The notes under the pieces were generated by a model that worked only from the letters and a program-made list of their open reading frames with translations, searched no databases and was not told where the DNA came from. 64,000 nucleotides of DNA from Anaerolineae bacterium (GTDB taxonomy: Bacteria; Chloroflexota; Anaerolineae; Anaerolineales; E44-bin32), in contig DUEZ01000078.1 in NCBI GenBank assembly GCA_011174825.1, forward strand, positions 27,947 through 91,946, given 5' to 3'. Position numbers and translations under genes: made by a program. Below, in pieces: positions 18,670 through 29,159 of this stretch. The first letter of the stretch is position 1. Each line of letters opens with the position of its first letter.

Positions 18670-21222
18670 ATGGAGTCTAGTCCGTCACAAGGCAATTTAT
18701 ATAAGGCCGCCACAACTTCGTTCGATTTCGATAGTCCTGGGGAGATCATTAACGGCTTACTCAATCTTGCGGGTAAGCTCACGGGATCTGATCGTATCGC
18801 GCTGTATGAATACAACGAGGGAGAGACCTCCTTTATCCCACGTTTTGCCATTGGAACTCCAATGGGAAACCTTGGGAGGCTTTCATCGTCCACAGATGAT
18901 CCAATCCTCAGGACCGTCTTAGCGAATCACCGCGCGGTTGGAACCGATAAGAATTACAAAGCACTCTCCCTACCCCTTGCTCCGGGGATTGTGGCTTGTG
19001 CACCTTGCATCACTGGTGGACAAACAGTTGGTCTACTCTTTATAGGTAGGGAAGAACAAGTACCCTATAACGATGAGGAACTCGCTACAATTGAAGTCCT
19101 GGCAACGCGTATTGCCGAATCCCTTCTACTCGCTCGCGAATCAGCCAGCCAAACGTATACCTTCCATAAATTATCCTTGCTTTACCAAGCCAGCCACGCC
19201 ATTACAGGTACGCGCGACCGTCAGGAGGCAATCCGTCAAACTGCGGCTCACCTTCTGAAGGCCACATCTGCTGATTTCTGTGAGGTCATGGTCTTTGATG
19301 AGTCAAACGGTCACACGAGTCGCTTCAGCCAGCAATTGGACAAATCAATGCAACCTACTGTTATGTCGCAAGAGGGCGACTCGCTTCCCGAATACCCAAT
19401 CCACAAGAAAGTATTACAAGATTTGTTACCTCACAACTTAAGCCTGGTGCCTCCCAAGGGTTCAGCGAAAGACATCGCGATGTTGGAGAATGAGGGTTTT
19501 GCAGCGGTTGCTATCTTCCCGCTTGCAACCCGTAATCAAGCTTTGGGCATTGTGCGTATGTTGTATAACAGACCTGGCAGACAGATCAACGAGCAGGAAA
19601 TGGAGCTCGCACAAGCGATCATCAATATCGGTGCTGTCGGTTTCCAAGATGCTATCCACCTAGAGACGGCTGAATCGAGAGCAAGCCAACTGCAGGTCTT
19701 GGGTGATATCGGTCGTGAGATGACCTCCACGCTCGATTTGGAAGCGGCTCTCGAGAACGCAATGTTGCATACGCAGCGCTTGCTGGATGTTGAAGCTTGC
19801 GTTCTCTTCTTACTGGATGAACTGGGCGAGAAATTGGTGCTCAAGGCGAGTGGGGGTAGACACCTTCGTATCCGGGATGTGGCAATCCGCATCGAAGAAG
19901 GTATCGCTGGTTGGGTAACCCGTAATCAACGTCCTCTGATTGTGAACGATGTTCGAGCCAATCCTCTATATCAAAGTGCGATCGACGGCCAAACAGGGCT
20001 GCTAACGACTTCCGTGTTATGTGTCCCGATGGAGAGGCGTGGCGAAGTTCTTGGTGTAATCGAAGCCATCAACCATCCACGGGGAGCCTTCACAGAAGGC
20101 GATCAACAAGTCCTCTCTTCCGTCGCTTCCTGGGCCGCCATCGCTGTTGATAACGCTACTTTGTTCCAGCGCGTTGCTGAAGAACGAAGTCGACTTGAAG
20201 CGACACTGGTTGAGACAGTAGACTCTGTTGTGCTCACCGATACATTGGGCCGCATCATCCTCATCAATCAAGCCGCTGGACAAGCTTTCCGAATCAACCC
20301 TGACCGTGCTGCTGGTCGCTTGGCATCTGAAGTCTTTGCGGGACATCCCCTCGGTGATATGCTGATGGATCCGGAGATTAGTCTCCCCACCAGCCAAGAG
20401 ATTTCCACGCCTACTGAGCGAATTCTCTTTTCAACCATCAGCGAGGTCACCGATGTCGGCCGCGTCGCTGTCATGCAAGACATCACAGCCCTGAAACAGA
20501 TCGACCGTATGAGATCTCAACTGCTGGGCACCGCAGCACACGATTTAAAAAATCCTCTCAACGCGATCCGATTGGGCGCTGATCTACTCTATGATGCTCC
20601 ACTTAATGATCAACAGCGAAGGGCGTTGAGCATGATGCAGCGAGCCACTGAGAGCATGACAAATCTGATCACCGCTCTCTTGGAGACGATCCGGGTCGAA
20701 TCCACTGCTAATGTGATTTATGAACCCTGTCAGGTTAATGATCTTATCCGTCGCGCAATTGAAGATTTACGTCCACTCTCGGAAGCTAAAAAGCATAAGA
20801 TCATTTACCAGCCTCCCGATGAATCCCTCCTCCTTATGGGTGAACCCAACCGATTAAATTCGGTTATGAGCAACCTCTTAAGCAACGCAATCAAGTTCAC
20901 AAAACCGGAAGGCGAAATCACGATCGCTGTCAAGTGGGATGACGATCAGGCTACCATCAGCGTAGGGGACAACGGCCCAGGTATCCCAGAAGATGAGATA
21001 TCACGTGTCTTTGAGCACCTTTTCCGCGGTCGGATCAATGTGGAAGACCCCGATAACCCAATTGAGGGAACGGGCCTCGGCTTAGCACTAGCTAAGACCG
21101 TCATTGAACAACATGGTGGTCACATATGGGTCGAGAGTGAGGAAGGCAAAGGGAGCACTTTTCTCTTCTCCCTACCCCGTGAGCCTACTCCCAAGACAGG
21201 ATCGCTTCGCAAAGAAGAATAG
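18670..21222 (+). CDS. Cytoplasmic sensor histidine kinase (three GAF-like domains, PAS, HisKA, HATPase)
   Basis: AHDLKNPL H box, NLLSNAIKFT, DNGPGI and GTGLGL; no TM helices evident. Confidence 0.92.
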   Translation: MESSPSQGNLYKAATTSFDFDSPGEIINGLLNLAGKLTGSDRIALYEYNEGETSFIPRFAIGTPMGNLGRLSSSTDDPILRTVLANHRAVGTDKNYKALSLPLAPGIVACAPCITGGQTVGLLFIGREEQVPYNDEELATIEVLATRIAESLLLARESASQTYTFHKLSLLYQASHAITGTRDRQEAIRQTAAHLLKATSADFCEVMVFDESNGHTSRFSQQLDKSMQPTVMSQEGDSLPEYPIHKKVLQDLLPHNLSLVPPKGSAKDIAMLENEGFAAVAIFPLATRNQALGIVRMLYNRPGRQINEQEMELAQAIINIGAVGFQDAIHLETAESRASQLQVLGDIGREMTSTLDLEAALENAMLHTQRLLDVEACVLFLLDELGEKLVLKASGGRHLRIRDVAIRIEEGIAGWVTRNQRPLIVNDVRANPLYQSAIDGQTGLLTTSVLCVPMERRGEVLGVIEAINHPRGAFTEGDQQVLSSVASWAAIAVDNATLFQRVAEERSRLEATLVETVDSVVLTDTLGRIILINQAAGQAFRINPDRAAGRLASEVFAGHPLGDMLMDPEISLPTSQEISTPTERILFSTISEVTDVGRVAVMQDITALKQIDRMRSQLLGTAAHDLKNPLNAIRLGADLLYDAPLNDQQRRALSMMQRATESMTNLITALLETIRVESTANVIYEPCQVNDLIRRAIEDLRPLSEAKKHKIIYQPPDESLLLMGEPNRLNSVMSNLLSNAIKFTKPEGEITIAVKWDDDQATISVGDNGPGIPEDEISRVFEHLFRGRINVEDPDNPIEGTGLGLALAKTVIEQHGGHIWVESEEGKGSTFLFSLPREPTPKTGSLRKEE

Positions 21223-21264
21223 ATTCACCAGTAACCGTCACGTTTCATAAAGCGAATAGAATCG

Positions 21265-22119
21265 ATGAGTCAAACACCAATTTTCCACTTTGGAACTGTT
21301 GGTTCACCGCGCTCGACGCCAAAAAAACCTGGCGGTTCCGTAGGCGCTATATTGCACCTCGCAGATCAAAACCTGACGGCTTTCGAATTAGGTTGGGTCC
21401 GATCCGTTCGTGTCTCAGAGGAGACCTGCGTCAAGATTAATCAGACGGCGAAGGAGGCAGGTGTTTATATCAGCGTACACGCCCCTTACTACATTAATCT
21501 AAACGCCGATCATGAGGAATGGCCCAGGAGTCGAAAGCGAATAATGGATGCTGCTCGATTTGGTAATCTCGCCGGGGCAACAGACATCGTCTTCCATCCC
21601 GGCTCATATTTTGGAGGAACTCCGCAGAAAGCTCTCGAAGTTGCCATCCCCAGGCTTCTTGGTTGTGTTGAAGAACTTAGGTTTTCAGGCATCATGATCA
21701 CGTTACGTCCGGAAACAATGGGTAAAGGGGCTATGCTGGGTTCACTCGACGACACTCTGATCCTCTCACAGGAGATCGAAGGTGTTGAGCCATGTCTCGA
21801 TTTTGCACATTTGCACGCCCGCCCAGGTGACGGCTCTACGAATTCGTATACTGAATGGTGCGAAATACTGATCCAATATGGGGAGGCTCTTGGGGTGGAT
21901 GCCCTACAACGTCTGCACTGTCATCTTTCGGGAATAGAATACGGACCAAAGGGGGAGCGCAACCACCTGATGCTTGCCAAGTCTGATTTCAATCTAGAGG
22001 ATCTTTTACGTGCTCTCAACGATCTCGATTGCAGTGGTCGCATCCTCTGTGAAAGCCCTGAAGATATGGATGTCGATGCACAATTAATTAAAAACACGTG
22101 GGAAAGAATCGCAGGGTAA
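21265..22119 (+). CDS. AP endonuclease family 2 (endonuclease IV-like TIM barrel)
   Basis: HAPYYINL, VFHPG, ETMGK, DFAH and HCHLSGI motifs. Confidence 0.88.
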   Translation: MSQTPIFHFGTVGSPRSTPKKPGGSVGAILHLADQNLTAFELGWVRSVRVSEETCVKINQTAKEAGVYISVHAPYYINLNADHEEWPRSRKRIMDAARFGNLAGATDIVFHPGSYFGGTPQKALEVAIPRLLGCVEELRFSGIMITLRPETMGKGAMLGSLDDTLILSQEIEGVEPCLDFAHLHARPGDGSTNSYTEWCEILIQYGEALGVDALQRLHCHLSGIEYGPKGERNHLMLAKSDFNLEDLLRALNDLDCSGRILCESPEDMDVDAQLIKNTWERIAG

Positions 22120-22138
22120 TAAATCATCTTTTGATCAG

Positions 22139-22168
22139 TGTAGGGGCGGTTCGCGAACCGCCCCTACA
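22139..22168. repeat. GTAG-type REP palindrome
   Basis: TGTAGGGGCGGTTCGCGAACCGCCCCTACA, a perfect palindrome; relative at 52298-52321. Confidence 0.9.
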
Positions 22169-22186
22169 GGGTTGAATGAATGTAAA

Positions 22187-22219
22187 AGCTTCCCACGAGC
22201 GTATAGCTCGCGTGAAGCT
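22187..22219. repeat. 33-bp palindromic repeat, family A, copy 3
   Basis: AGCTTCCCACGAGCG-TAT-AGCTCGCGTGAAGCT. Confidence 0.85.
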
Positions 22220-22260
22220 GACAGTACTCAAATCGTGATGCTCGTTCACCATCCTTAGTT

Positions 22261-23400
22261 TTATGGACCGACCTGCATGTCAGGCTGCTCGTAATGACGC
22301 TCAGCATCACCTGGTCTCTCCGTCGAGGCTCTGGTTACACCTACAAACACTGCCTTCAGTTGTCCATCCTCGAGCTTCACGGCGCCCACGATGGCGAACA
22401 TCCCTACTTGAAGATCCTCGAAACCTTCAACACTACCATCTCGAGATCGATATCGTGTTAAGTTATCGACGAAGAAAGTCATCACAGAGCCATCTCTCGA
22501 TTCGATCGTGAAAACGTGATCCCCGAGGGCAGCTATTCTTCCTCTCCCCCATAGACAGTCCGGAGGATCCTTAGGGATCGCGACTGCTACAACGAAGGCA
22601 AACCATCCGCCCTCATTCTCCAATGCACCCACGTAGGCGATCATACCTACTTTAAGATCTTCGAGGCCCTTTACTGATCCATCCCTGCTGACGAATCGAG
22701 TCCGTTTACCTATCTGAAAGGTCACGGAAGCACCTTCGATAATCTGTAAGGTAAAGGTTCCCTCCTCAGGATCAACGGTCGTGATCTCGCCTCTGAACCG
22801 TCGCAGGTTATCGGGATTATCTTCTCTGTATGCAGCGGTCACGATCAAAGCCACAAGACTGCTGTCCTCACGTTCGAATCCGATCACCAAAGCGACCATC
22901 CCCTTCTCTAGATCTTCGATACACTGGATCGAACCATCACGGCCTCGAAAATGCGTCCGTTCGGTGGTATGGATTGTCACGACAGCACCGTTTTGTTTCT
23001 TTAAGCTAAAGGAAGCAGAAGCTGCGGCGATTCCTGACACCTCGCCAATCACCCGCTCAGGTTGAGGTTCCACCTGCGTCGTGACCACCAAGCGAGCGAT
23101 CAGTCCCTCTTCACTTCGGAAGCCCATAACAAGTGCTCTCATACCGGCCTCCAGATCCGAAAATTCTTTGACCGAACCAGCGGGGCTGCGGAAATGAGTA
23201 CCACGATCCACTTCAAATCGGTACTCCTCCCCACTTCTTGCATGGAGACCGAAAGCACTCGCGTGCAGATCTACCCAAATGATCTCCCCTAGAACGCGAA
23301 TCCGATGTGGTGGCTTCCCTTCCTCAGCGTAGGCAACGCCGACAACGATCAACGAGAGGATTAAGGCCACCACCAATGCATTGCTGACTTTGCCTTTCAT
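22261..23400 (-). CDS. Secreted protein with four tandem OB-fold-like (DUF5666-like) repeats
   Basis: Signal peptide ending AYA; four copies of T.(F/Y)..(R/P).GS.....DL..GM; GGAGG RBS before MKGKVS. Confidence 0.8.
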   Translation of the reverse strand: MKGKVSNALVVALILSLIVVGVAYAEEGKPPHRIRVLGEIIWVDLHASAFGLHARSGEEYRFEVDRGTHFRSPAGSVKEFSDLEAGMRALVMGFRSEEGLIARLVVTTQVEPQPERVIGEVSGIAAASASFSLKKQNGAVVTIHTTERTHFRGRDGSIQCIEDLEKGMVALVIGFEREDSSLVALIVTAAYREDNPDNLRRFRGEITTVDPEEGTFTLQIIEGASVTFQIGKRTRFVSRDGSVKGLEDLKVGMIAYVGALENEGGWFAFVVAVAIPKDPPDCLWGRGRIAALGDHVFTIESRDGSVMTFFVDNLTRYRSRDGSVEGFEDLQVGMFAIVGAVKLEDGQLKAVFVGVTRASTERPGDAERHYEQPDMQVGP

Positions 23401-23556
23401 GTCTACCTCCGTTGGATGGTTACTCAAAAGGTAAAGGAAGAGAACAATCTAGGTGTATAGAAGATGTAAAAAGACGGTAAATTGGGTTTCTCTAGTCGGA
23501 TGTATTAAATCGGGGGATTGATATTTCAGAAGAGGGAATTAGGGATCAGGGAAGGC

Positions 23557-23644
23557 TAGGCACCGGGGTAATTGGGCACCTCGGCCTCTGTGGTTCGAAC
23601 CATTTATGACAAACAACCAAAGTGCCCTGGTGCCCAAGTGCCTA
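23557..23644. repeat. 88-bp inverted element built from 8-bp GGCAC units, copy 2
   Basis: TAGGCACCGGGGTAATTGGGCACCTCGGC ... CCAAAGTGCCCTGGTGCCCAAGTGCCTA. Confidence 0.75.
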
Positions 23645-23698
23645 ATAAGCATTTTTAGAAGTTGTATCAATATAGAAATGGAACTCTGTTGAGAGGCT

Positions 23699-24343
23699 CT
23701 ATTCGACTGGGAATTCTATTTCCTCCCGACCTAGCAGTTTATCACGGATACGTTCAATAACGATTTCAAGGTGTTGGGGTTTATGTACAAAATCTAAGTC
23801 GTCAGTACGTATGCTGAGTACCGGGCACAGATCAAAGCCGGCCATCCACTCCTGGTAATATGAGTCAAGCAATCTCAGATAGCTAGCGTCAATGCTTCTT
23901 TCCATATCGCGACCACGATCTTTTATACGCCCCAACAATACCTCTACAGGTGCCCATAGATAAATAAGTAGATCAGGTAGATCCAACGATCCTACAATGA
24001 GATCAAACACATGACGATAGGTTTGATAATCGCGTTCCGTGATCGTTCCCAAATTTAAGGCCGCACGCGAGAAAATCTCAGCGTCCTCATAAATCGATCG
24101 ATCGATGATCGCTGATTGTGGGGCACGAGAGAGGGTCATATGCTGTTCAGCACGGTGGCCGAGGAAGAAGATTTGCAGATGAAAGGCCCATGTCTTCATA
24201 TCGGCATAGAAATCGGAGAGATAGGGATTATCTACCACGGACTCGTATGCAGTAATCCATCCAAGTCGCCTGCCCAAGCATTCGGTGAGCGATGTCTTAC
24301 CAGAGCTGATATTGCCAGATACAAGGACGAAATGTTTTGCCAT
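23699..24343 (-). CDS. Deoxynucleoside kinase
   Basis: GNISSGKT P-loop, DRSIYED and R...RGR lid. Confidence 0.93.
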   Translation of the reverse strand: MAKHFVLVSGNISSGKTSLTECLGRRLGWITAYESVVDNPYLSDFYADMKTWAFHLQIFFLGHRAEQHMTLSRAPQSAIIDRSIYEDAEIFSRAALNLGTITERDYQTYRHVFDLIVGSLDLPDLLIYLWAPVEVLLGRIKDRGRDMERSIDASYLRLLDSYYQEWMAGFDLCPVLSIRTDDLDFVHKPQHLEIVIERIRDKLLGREEIEFPVE

Positions 24344-24532
24344 CCCGATTGCCTCCTCTTTGCCTCGTTCGAGTCAGAATTCCTAAAGCTGATGGTGGTC
24401 TTCGCTCGAATAAAAACTATGCATAGTGTAATGAGATGGAAATAGAAAAAGAAAGACCCCATAGGGGCCAGATTCAATTCGCTGCGTTTTTATTTCAGAA
24501 ACGGAATGTTTACGTTCACGATTCCTCAGAAC

Positions 24533-27007
24533 CTAACACTCACTGAAGCCACACGCGTAACACTTACGGCAGCCCTCTTCCCTGACCACCGCTCCAGCAC
24601 CGCATTCTGGGCAGAGATCACCGATCTTCGCTGGTAGCGGATCCTCGGGTAACGAAATAAACTCGGCCATGCCGATCTCTGGCGTGTCACCTAAGTATGC
24701 CGCGAGCGCTTGTGCAAGACCATCCGGAAGAGAAAGCACTCGATTGGGACCAAACCCAAGTGGGCGGCCACCGCCGATGCCTGCGAGCTGGCGGACCACT
24801 TCAGCCAGCCGATCTCGAGGCGAAACGGGAGAAGCCACGCGTAGGATGTAAGAGATCATCCTTCCAATCGCTTCCGATACAGCAGCGGTCGCAGAACCTG
24901 CTTTAGCCGTGGTGATGAAAACTTCAAACGGTTGATTGGTCCCGTTGTGGTTGACAGTGACGAACGCTTTGCCCAGAGGTGTGCTTACGTGATAGGTGCT
25001 ACCCTCTAACTTCTGAGGACGAGGTTTTTTCCCTTCCAGCCACATATGCAGTTGATTTGGCGCTCGTGGAACGATCATACCTTCAACCGTCGCTTTGGTC
25101 TCAAGAACCACTTTTTTTCTCGAGCCCGTTACATAAACCGTCAGCCCCTTACAACCCAATTCCCAAGCTAACAAATATGTCCGTGCGATATCGTCTTCAC
25201 TCGCATTCGAGGGGAAATTAATCGTTTTACTCAAGCTGTTATCGACAAAAGCTTGGAGCGAAGCTTGCATACGGACATGCTCTTCAGCACTGATATCCTG
25301 CGAGACAACGAAAACGTTTCGAATGTGTTCAGGTACCTCATCTATATCTTGACAAGAACCGGTTCCCATCACCTGATCGATAATCCGATCACGCGTGGCG
25401 TCCTCTAAATCCGCGTCCAACATAGCTCGTTCAAAAAGGGGGCTGATGTATGTTAGACGGAGGTTTTTTCCATTGTCGTCAACATTGCGATAATAGGCCA
25501 ACGCAAAAACCGGCTCACAACCATAACCCTCGCAACCAGCGACTGTTGCTATTGTTCCAGTTGGAGCAATGGTAGTTTGAGCTGCATTCCGGATGCCATT
25601 GTTCCGGATGCCATCACGCACTATGCTCCAATCAATTTGAGGTCGACCATAATTCCTTTGATACGCTGTGATGGGCTGGGGGTGATTCCAATCAAGATTG
25701 TCCGGATCGTAGATGCTACCCTCGATAGCCGGGAAAGAGCCGCGTTCCTTGGCTAGCTCAACGCTCATCAGGAGACAGTGATATCGTATGAACTCCATCA
25801 CTTGAGCCGCGAACTCTTGAGCATCATCAGAACCGTATCTGACACCGACATGATACATAAGATCGCCCAGACCCATGATTCCTAGGCCGATGCGCCGGGC
25901 TCTTAGAGCAGCTTCCCGGAGTTGAGGTAAGGCAGGAACGTAAGTGTTGACTGTGATCACATTATCAAGAAATCTTGTTGCCCTGGTTACACTATCGCGT
26001 AACTTTTCCCAATCCACCGTTTTGTCCGGACCGGCATGTTGCGCCAAATTAATTGAGCCTAAACAGCAGTTCTCATATGGACCTAAAAACTGTTCACCGC
26101 ATGGATTGGTCGCTTCCAATTCATAGAGGTGGGGCAATGGATTGGTTCGATTCGCAGTATCAAGAAACAGCACACCCGGTTCACCATTGTGATGGGCCTG
26201 TTTGACGATCAATTCGAAGATCTCACGTGCGGGTATCGTTTCAATGATCTCTTCTGTATGAGGTGCGACCAAATGATAGGTACGATCATCCTCCACCGCT
26301 TGCATAAACTCATCGGTGACGCCAACGGATATGTTGAAGTTGGTGATCGCGTCCTCATCGATCTTACAGGTGATAAAATCGCGGATGTCGGGATGATCGA
26401 CCCTTAGCACCCCCATGTTTGCGCCCCGCCTCGTGCCCCCTTGCGCAATTTCTCCAAATGCCTTGTCATATACTCGTAAGAATCCGACCGGTCCTGTCGC
26501 TTGACCAGCAGAGGTGTGGACGACAGAGCCTTTGTGTCGTAAACGGCTGAATGAGAAGCCATTTCCACCACCCGTTTGCTGGATTAATGCGGCGTCGCGA
26601 AGGGTTTGGAATATCCCAGCCGAATCGCGCCCCATGTCATCTGAGATCGGAAGTACAAAGCAGGCTGCCAACTGTCCCAACGGCGTTCCGGCCCCGGTAA
26701 ATGTTGGTGAGTTGGGCAAGAAGCGCTTTGCTGCAAGCAATTGATATAAATCCCGAGCTACTGAAGGAATGTCTCCCCCCCATTCCTTCTCAGCCGCTGC
26801 TACGTGAAAAGCTACCCGCCACAGCATCTCCTCCGCCGTCTCGATCGGTTGACCATCCTCTCCACGGCGGAGGTATCGCTTTCTAAGAATCGTTCGACCG
26901 TTGTCACTTAATTCGAACCTCTCCAATCCCTCCGGAAGAGGTGGTCTCACATCGGGAGTCGAATCCTCAATTCCCACCTCAACATCGCGGTTCGTTGTTT
27001 CTAACAT
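24533..27007 (-). CDS. nrdJ: Adenosylcobalamin-dependent (class II) ribonucleoside-diphosphate reductase
   Basis: PNSPT, RRGANM, TNPCGEQ, APTGT and SKTIN motifs; C-terminal TSCPD-like domain and CPEC..C..C.ACGFSEC tail. Confidence 0.93.
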   Translation of the reverse strand: MLETTNRDVEVGIEDSTPDVRPPLPEGLERFELSDNGRTILRKRYLRRGEDGQPIETAEEMLWRVAFHVAAAEKEWGGDIPSVARDLYQLLAAKRFLPNSPTFTGAGTPLGQLAACFVLPISDDMGRDSAGIFQTLRDAALIQQTGGGNGFSFSRLRHKGSVVHTSAGQATGPVGFLRVYDKAFGEIAQGGTRRGANMGVLRVDHPDIRDFITCKIDEDAITNFNISVGVTDEFMQAVEDDRTYHLVAPHTEEIIETIPAREIFELIVKQAHHNGEPGVLFLDTANRTNPLPHLYELEATNPCGEQFLGPYENCCLGSINLAQHAGPDKTVDWEKLRDSVTRATRFLDNVITVNTYVPALPQLREAALRARRIGLGIMGLGDLMYHVGVRYGSDDAQEFAAQVMEFIRYHCLLMSVELAKERGSFPAIEGSIYDPDNLDWNHPQPITAYQRNYGRPQIDWSIVRDGIRNNGIRNAAQTTIAPTGTIATVAGCEGYGCEPVFALAYYRNVDDNGKNLRLTYISPLFERAMLDADLEDATRDRIIDQVMGTGSCQDIDEVPEHIRNVFVVSQDISAEEHVRMQASLQAFVDNSLSKTINFPSNASEDDIARTYLLAWELGCKGLTVYVTGSRKKVVLETKATVEGMIVPRAPNQLHMWLEGKKPRPQKLEGSTYHVSTPLGKAFVTVNHNGTNQPFEVFITTAKAGSATAAVSEAIGRMISYILRVASPVSPRDRLAEVVRQLAGIGGGRPLGFGPNRVLSLPDGLAQALAAYLGDTPEIGMAEFISLPEDPLPAKIGDLCPECGAGAVVREEGCRKCYACGFSEC

Positions 27008-27087
27008 CCCAATTGTCTCCTAAAGCGAGAAAGTCACCCTCTTGTCAATCCATTTAAAAAATATAAATAAATGCGTTAACGAATGAA

Positions 27088-27537
27088 CTAACCCTCTAGC
27101 AAACGATCGATCTCTCCCCTGATCGCTTGCAGGTCATCCAATCCCAGATAAACAATTGCATATCGGATATAAGCAATGTGATCGAGATCTTTTAATCCGG
27201 CAATGGCTAAATCACCAATAACCCTCGACGACACCTCAGCCTTGCCCATCGACCGTAATGCCGATTCGATCTCGCCAATGAGTCGGTCGATATCAGCAGC
27301 AGAAACCGGTCGCTTAGCGCAGGCGATACGCACACCCCGCGCCAGCTTGTCCCGGTCGAACTCCTCCCGGGTTCCATCCTGTTTGACCACAAGAGGGGAG
27401 GAAAGGATCGCTCTTTCATACGTACTAAACCGATGCTCACATCCTGTACAAACCCGTCGCCTTCGAATCCCCCCTTTGGAATCACGATATGTATCGATCA
27501 CCCTGGTCTGTTCGCTGCGACAATACGGGCAGCGCAT
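27088..27537 (-). CDS. nrdR: Transcriptional repressor NrdR
   Basis: MRCPYC, RRRRVCTGC..RFSTYE, ATP cone and AYIRYA; GAGGTG RBS. Confidence 0.97.
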   Translation of the reverse strand: MRCPYCRSEQTRVIDTYRDSKGGIRRRRVCTGCEHRFSTYERAILSSPLVVKQDGTREEFDRDKLARGVRIACAKRPVSAADIDRLIGEIESALRSMGKAEVSSRVIGDLAIAGLKDLDHIAYIRYAIVYLGLDDLQAIRGEIDRLLEG

Positions 27538-27567
27538 CGATCCCACCTCACTCAGCACACGTGTTCG

Positions 27568-27614
27568 GCGCCAGATATTGGATGTAAAGCTTCCTGAACC
27601 CCGATATATACGGG
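27568..27614 (-). promoter_or_regulatory. Tandem NrdR boxes
   Basis: ATCCAATATCTGGCGC (27568-27583, minus strand) and the weaker CCCCGATATATACGGG (27599-27614), 31 bp apart; resemble acaCwAtATaTwGtgt. Confidence 0.8.
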
Positions 27615-27708
27615 TTGCGGGAGAACATTCTAACACCTGCTCCAGATGGGAGCAAGATTAAGACCCCCTTGTAACCTTAAAAAAATTAGTACCCTGGTCA
27701 CCTATCGT

Positions 27709-27827
27709 GAATCTCCTGAAAATAGCCGAGCATCCAGCCAGAGAACGGAATAGGTGGGTGTGTGATTGTTACTCACACCCCCACCTATTCCGTTCTGCGT
27801 GTTGACGGTTGTTCTTTCAGTGCAGTC
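27709..27827. mobile_element. MITE-like element, copy D
   Basis: TIRs GAATCTCCTGAAA / TTTCAGTGCAGTC; central palindrome AGAACGGAATAGGTGG..CCACCTATTCCGTTCT. Confidence 0.75.
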
Positions 27828-27976
27828 CTGTCATTAAACACGGCAGATCGGCGTCGGGAGGAGGAGACCGACGCCAATCTGCATGCGAAGGTGGTTCACC
27901 GAAGCCGCCGGAGAGTTATCAGCTTCTTCGGCTTCCCCCTTGACGTAGTAACGGTTGAGCCCCTATGCTCAAACCG

Positions 27977-29080
27977 CTACCGCCGTCTCAAAAATGCCGG
28001 GATGTCAAGATCATTGACATCGAAGGCGCGTGGTTGGAACTCTTCCGCAACTACCTCTCTTCCCGTTACCGGCTCAGCGACTGCTTCAGTACGACTGCGG
28101 GGTCTGCGGTCCAACTTCCGCACACCACTAGAACGCGCGAAACCGGTGGCGATCACGGTGACCCTCAACTCGTCACCCATGTTTGGATCAATCACCGCCC
28201 CAAAGATCAAGTTGACCTCCGGATGGGCAGTCTCTTTGATAATCGCGGCTGCCTGATTAACCTCGTAGAGGCTCAAATCAGATCCGCCCGTGACATTAAA
28301 GAGGATGCCCCGTGCACCATCGATCGTGATGTCCAATAGATTGCTGGAAATCGCTTGCTCAGCCGCTGCGCGTGCACGATCCTCACCTGATGCTCGCCCA
28401 ACTGCCATGAGAGCGGCTCCACCCTCTGACATGATGGTGCGCACATCGGCAAAGTCGAGGTTAATCAAACCGGGGACAGTAATCAGCTCACTGATCCCTT
28501 GAATGCCTTGACGCAGCACATCATCGGCAAGTTTAAACGCCTCATGCAAGCTAGCGCGTTTGTCAGCGATTTGGAGCAATCGGTCATTAGGGATCACGAT
28601 CAATGTATCGACGTGCTCTTTAAGCTTCTCAATCCCATCCTCGGCCGTCTTCCTTCTTTTTGCTCCTTCGAAGGTGAACGGTCGTGTTACCACACCGATG
28701 GTCAATGAGCCCACTTCTTTCGCGATTTGGGCGAGGATCGGGGCTGCTCCAGTCCCGGTGCCTCCACCTATCCCAGCAGCGATGAAGACCATATCGGTGC
28801 CTTTGATCACTTCATACAGTTCCTCAGCGGACTCTTCAGCCGCTTTTTTCCCTATCTCTGGATCACCTCCCGCGCCCAATCCGCGCGTGAGCTTATCTCC
28901 GATGCGAACACGGGTGGGGGAGTTAGAGAGTAGGAGAGCCTGAGCATCGGTGTTAACAGCTACGAATTCGATGCCGATCAGACCTTCCTCGATCATCCGG
29001 TTGACGGCGTTGCTCCCACCGCCGCCAACACCAACAACCATAATTCGAGCAAATGACTCCATTTGTGGTACGGGTTGCAT
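27977..29080 (-). CDS. ftsZ: Cell division protein FtsZ
   Basis: [21 protein letters not shown] and LDIPAFLR tail; GAGGAGG RBS. Confidence 0.98.
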   Translation of the reverse strand: MQPVPQMESFARIMVVGVGGGGSNAVNRMIEEGLIGIEFVAVNTDAQALLLSNSPTRVRIGDKLTRGLGAGGDPEIGKKAAEESAEELYEVIKGTDMVFIAAGIGGGTGTGAAPILAQIAKEVGSLTIGVVTRPFTFEGAKRRKTAEDGIEKLKEHVDTLIVIPNDRLLQIADKRASLHEAFKLADDVLRQGIQGISELITVPGLINLDFADVRTIMSEGGAALMAVGRASGEDRARAAAEQAISSNLLDITIDGARGILFNVTGGSDLSLYEVNQAAAIIKETAHPEVNLIFGAVIDPNMGDELRVTVIATGFARSSGVRKLDRRPRSRTEAVAEPVTGREVVAEEFQPRAFDVNDLDIPAFLRRR

Positions 29081-29159
29081 TGTGTTCCTCCTCGATCTGA
29101 TATCGTTCATGATCTTGTTTTCTCTTTATAGATAGTCAACGTTTCGTAAAATCTGATAA

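Noticed and set aside
24533-27007. Intein or intron in nrdJ
   Set aside because: The ORF is continuous, of normal length, and shows no intein splice motifs at the conserved sites.
27554-27567. LexA-like box CGAACACGTGTGCT before nrdR
   Set aside because: One half-site mismatches GAAC-N4-GTTC and no second good example was found to define the motif.
27840-27965. Cobalamin riboswitch upstream of nrdR-nrdJ
   Set aside because: GGGAAGCCG is present, but the GCAACTGT/B12-box core was not found, and a MITE separates it from nrdR.
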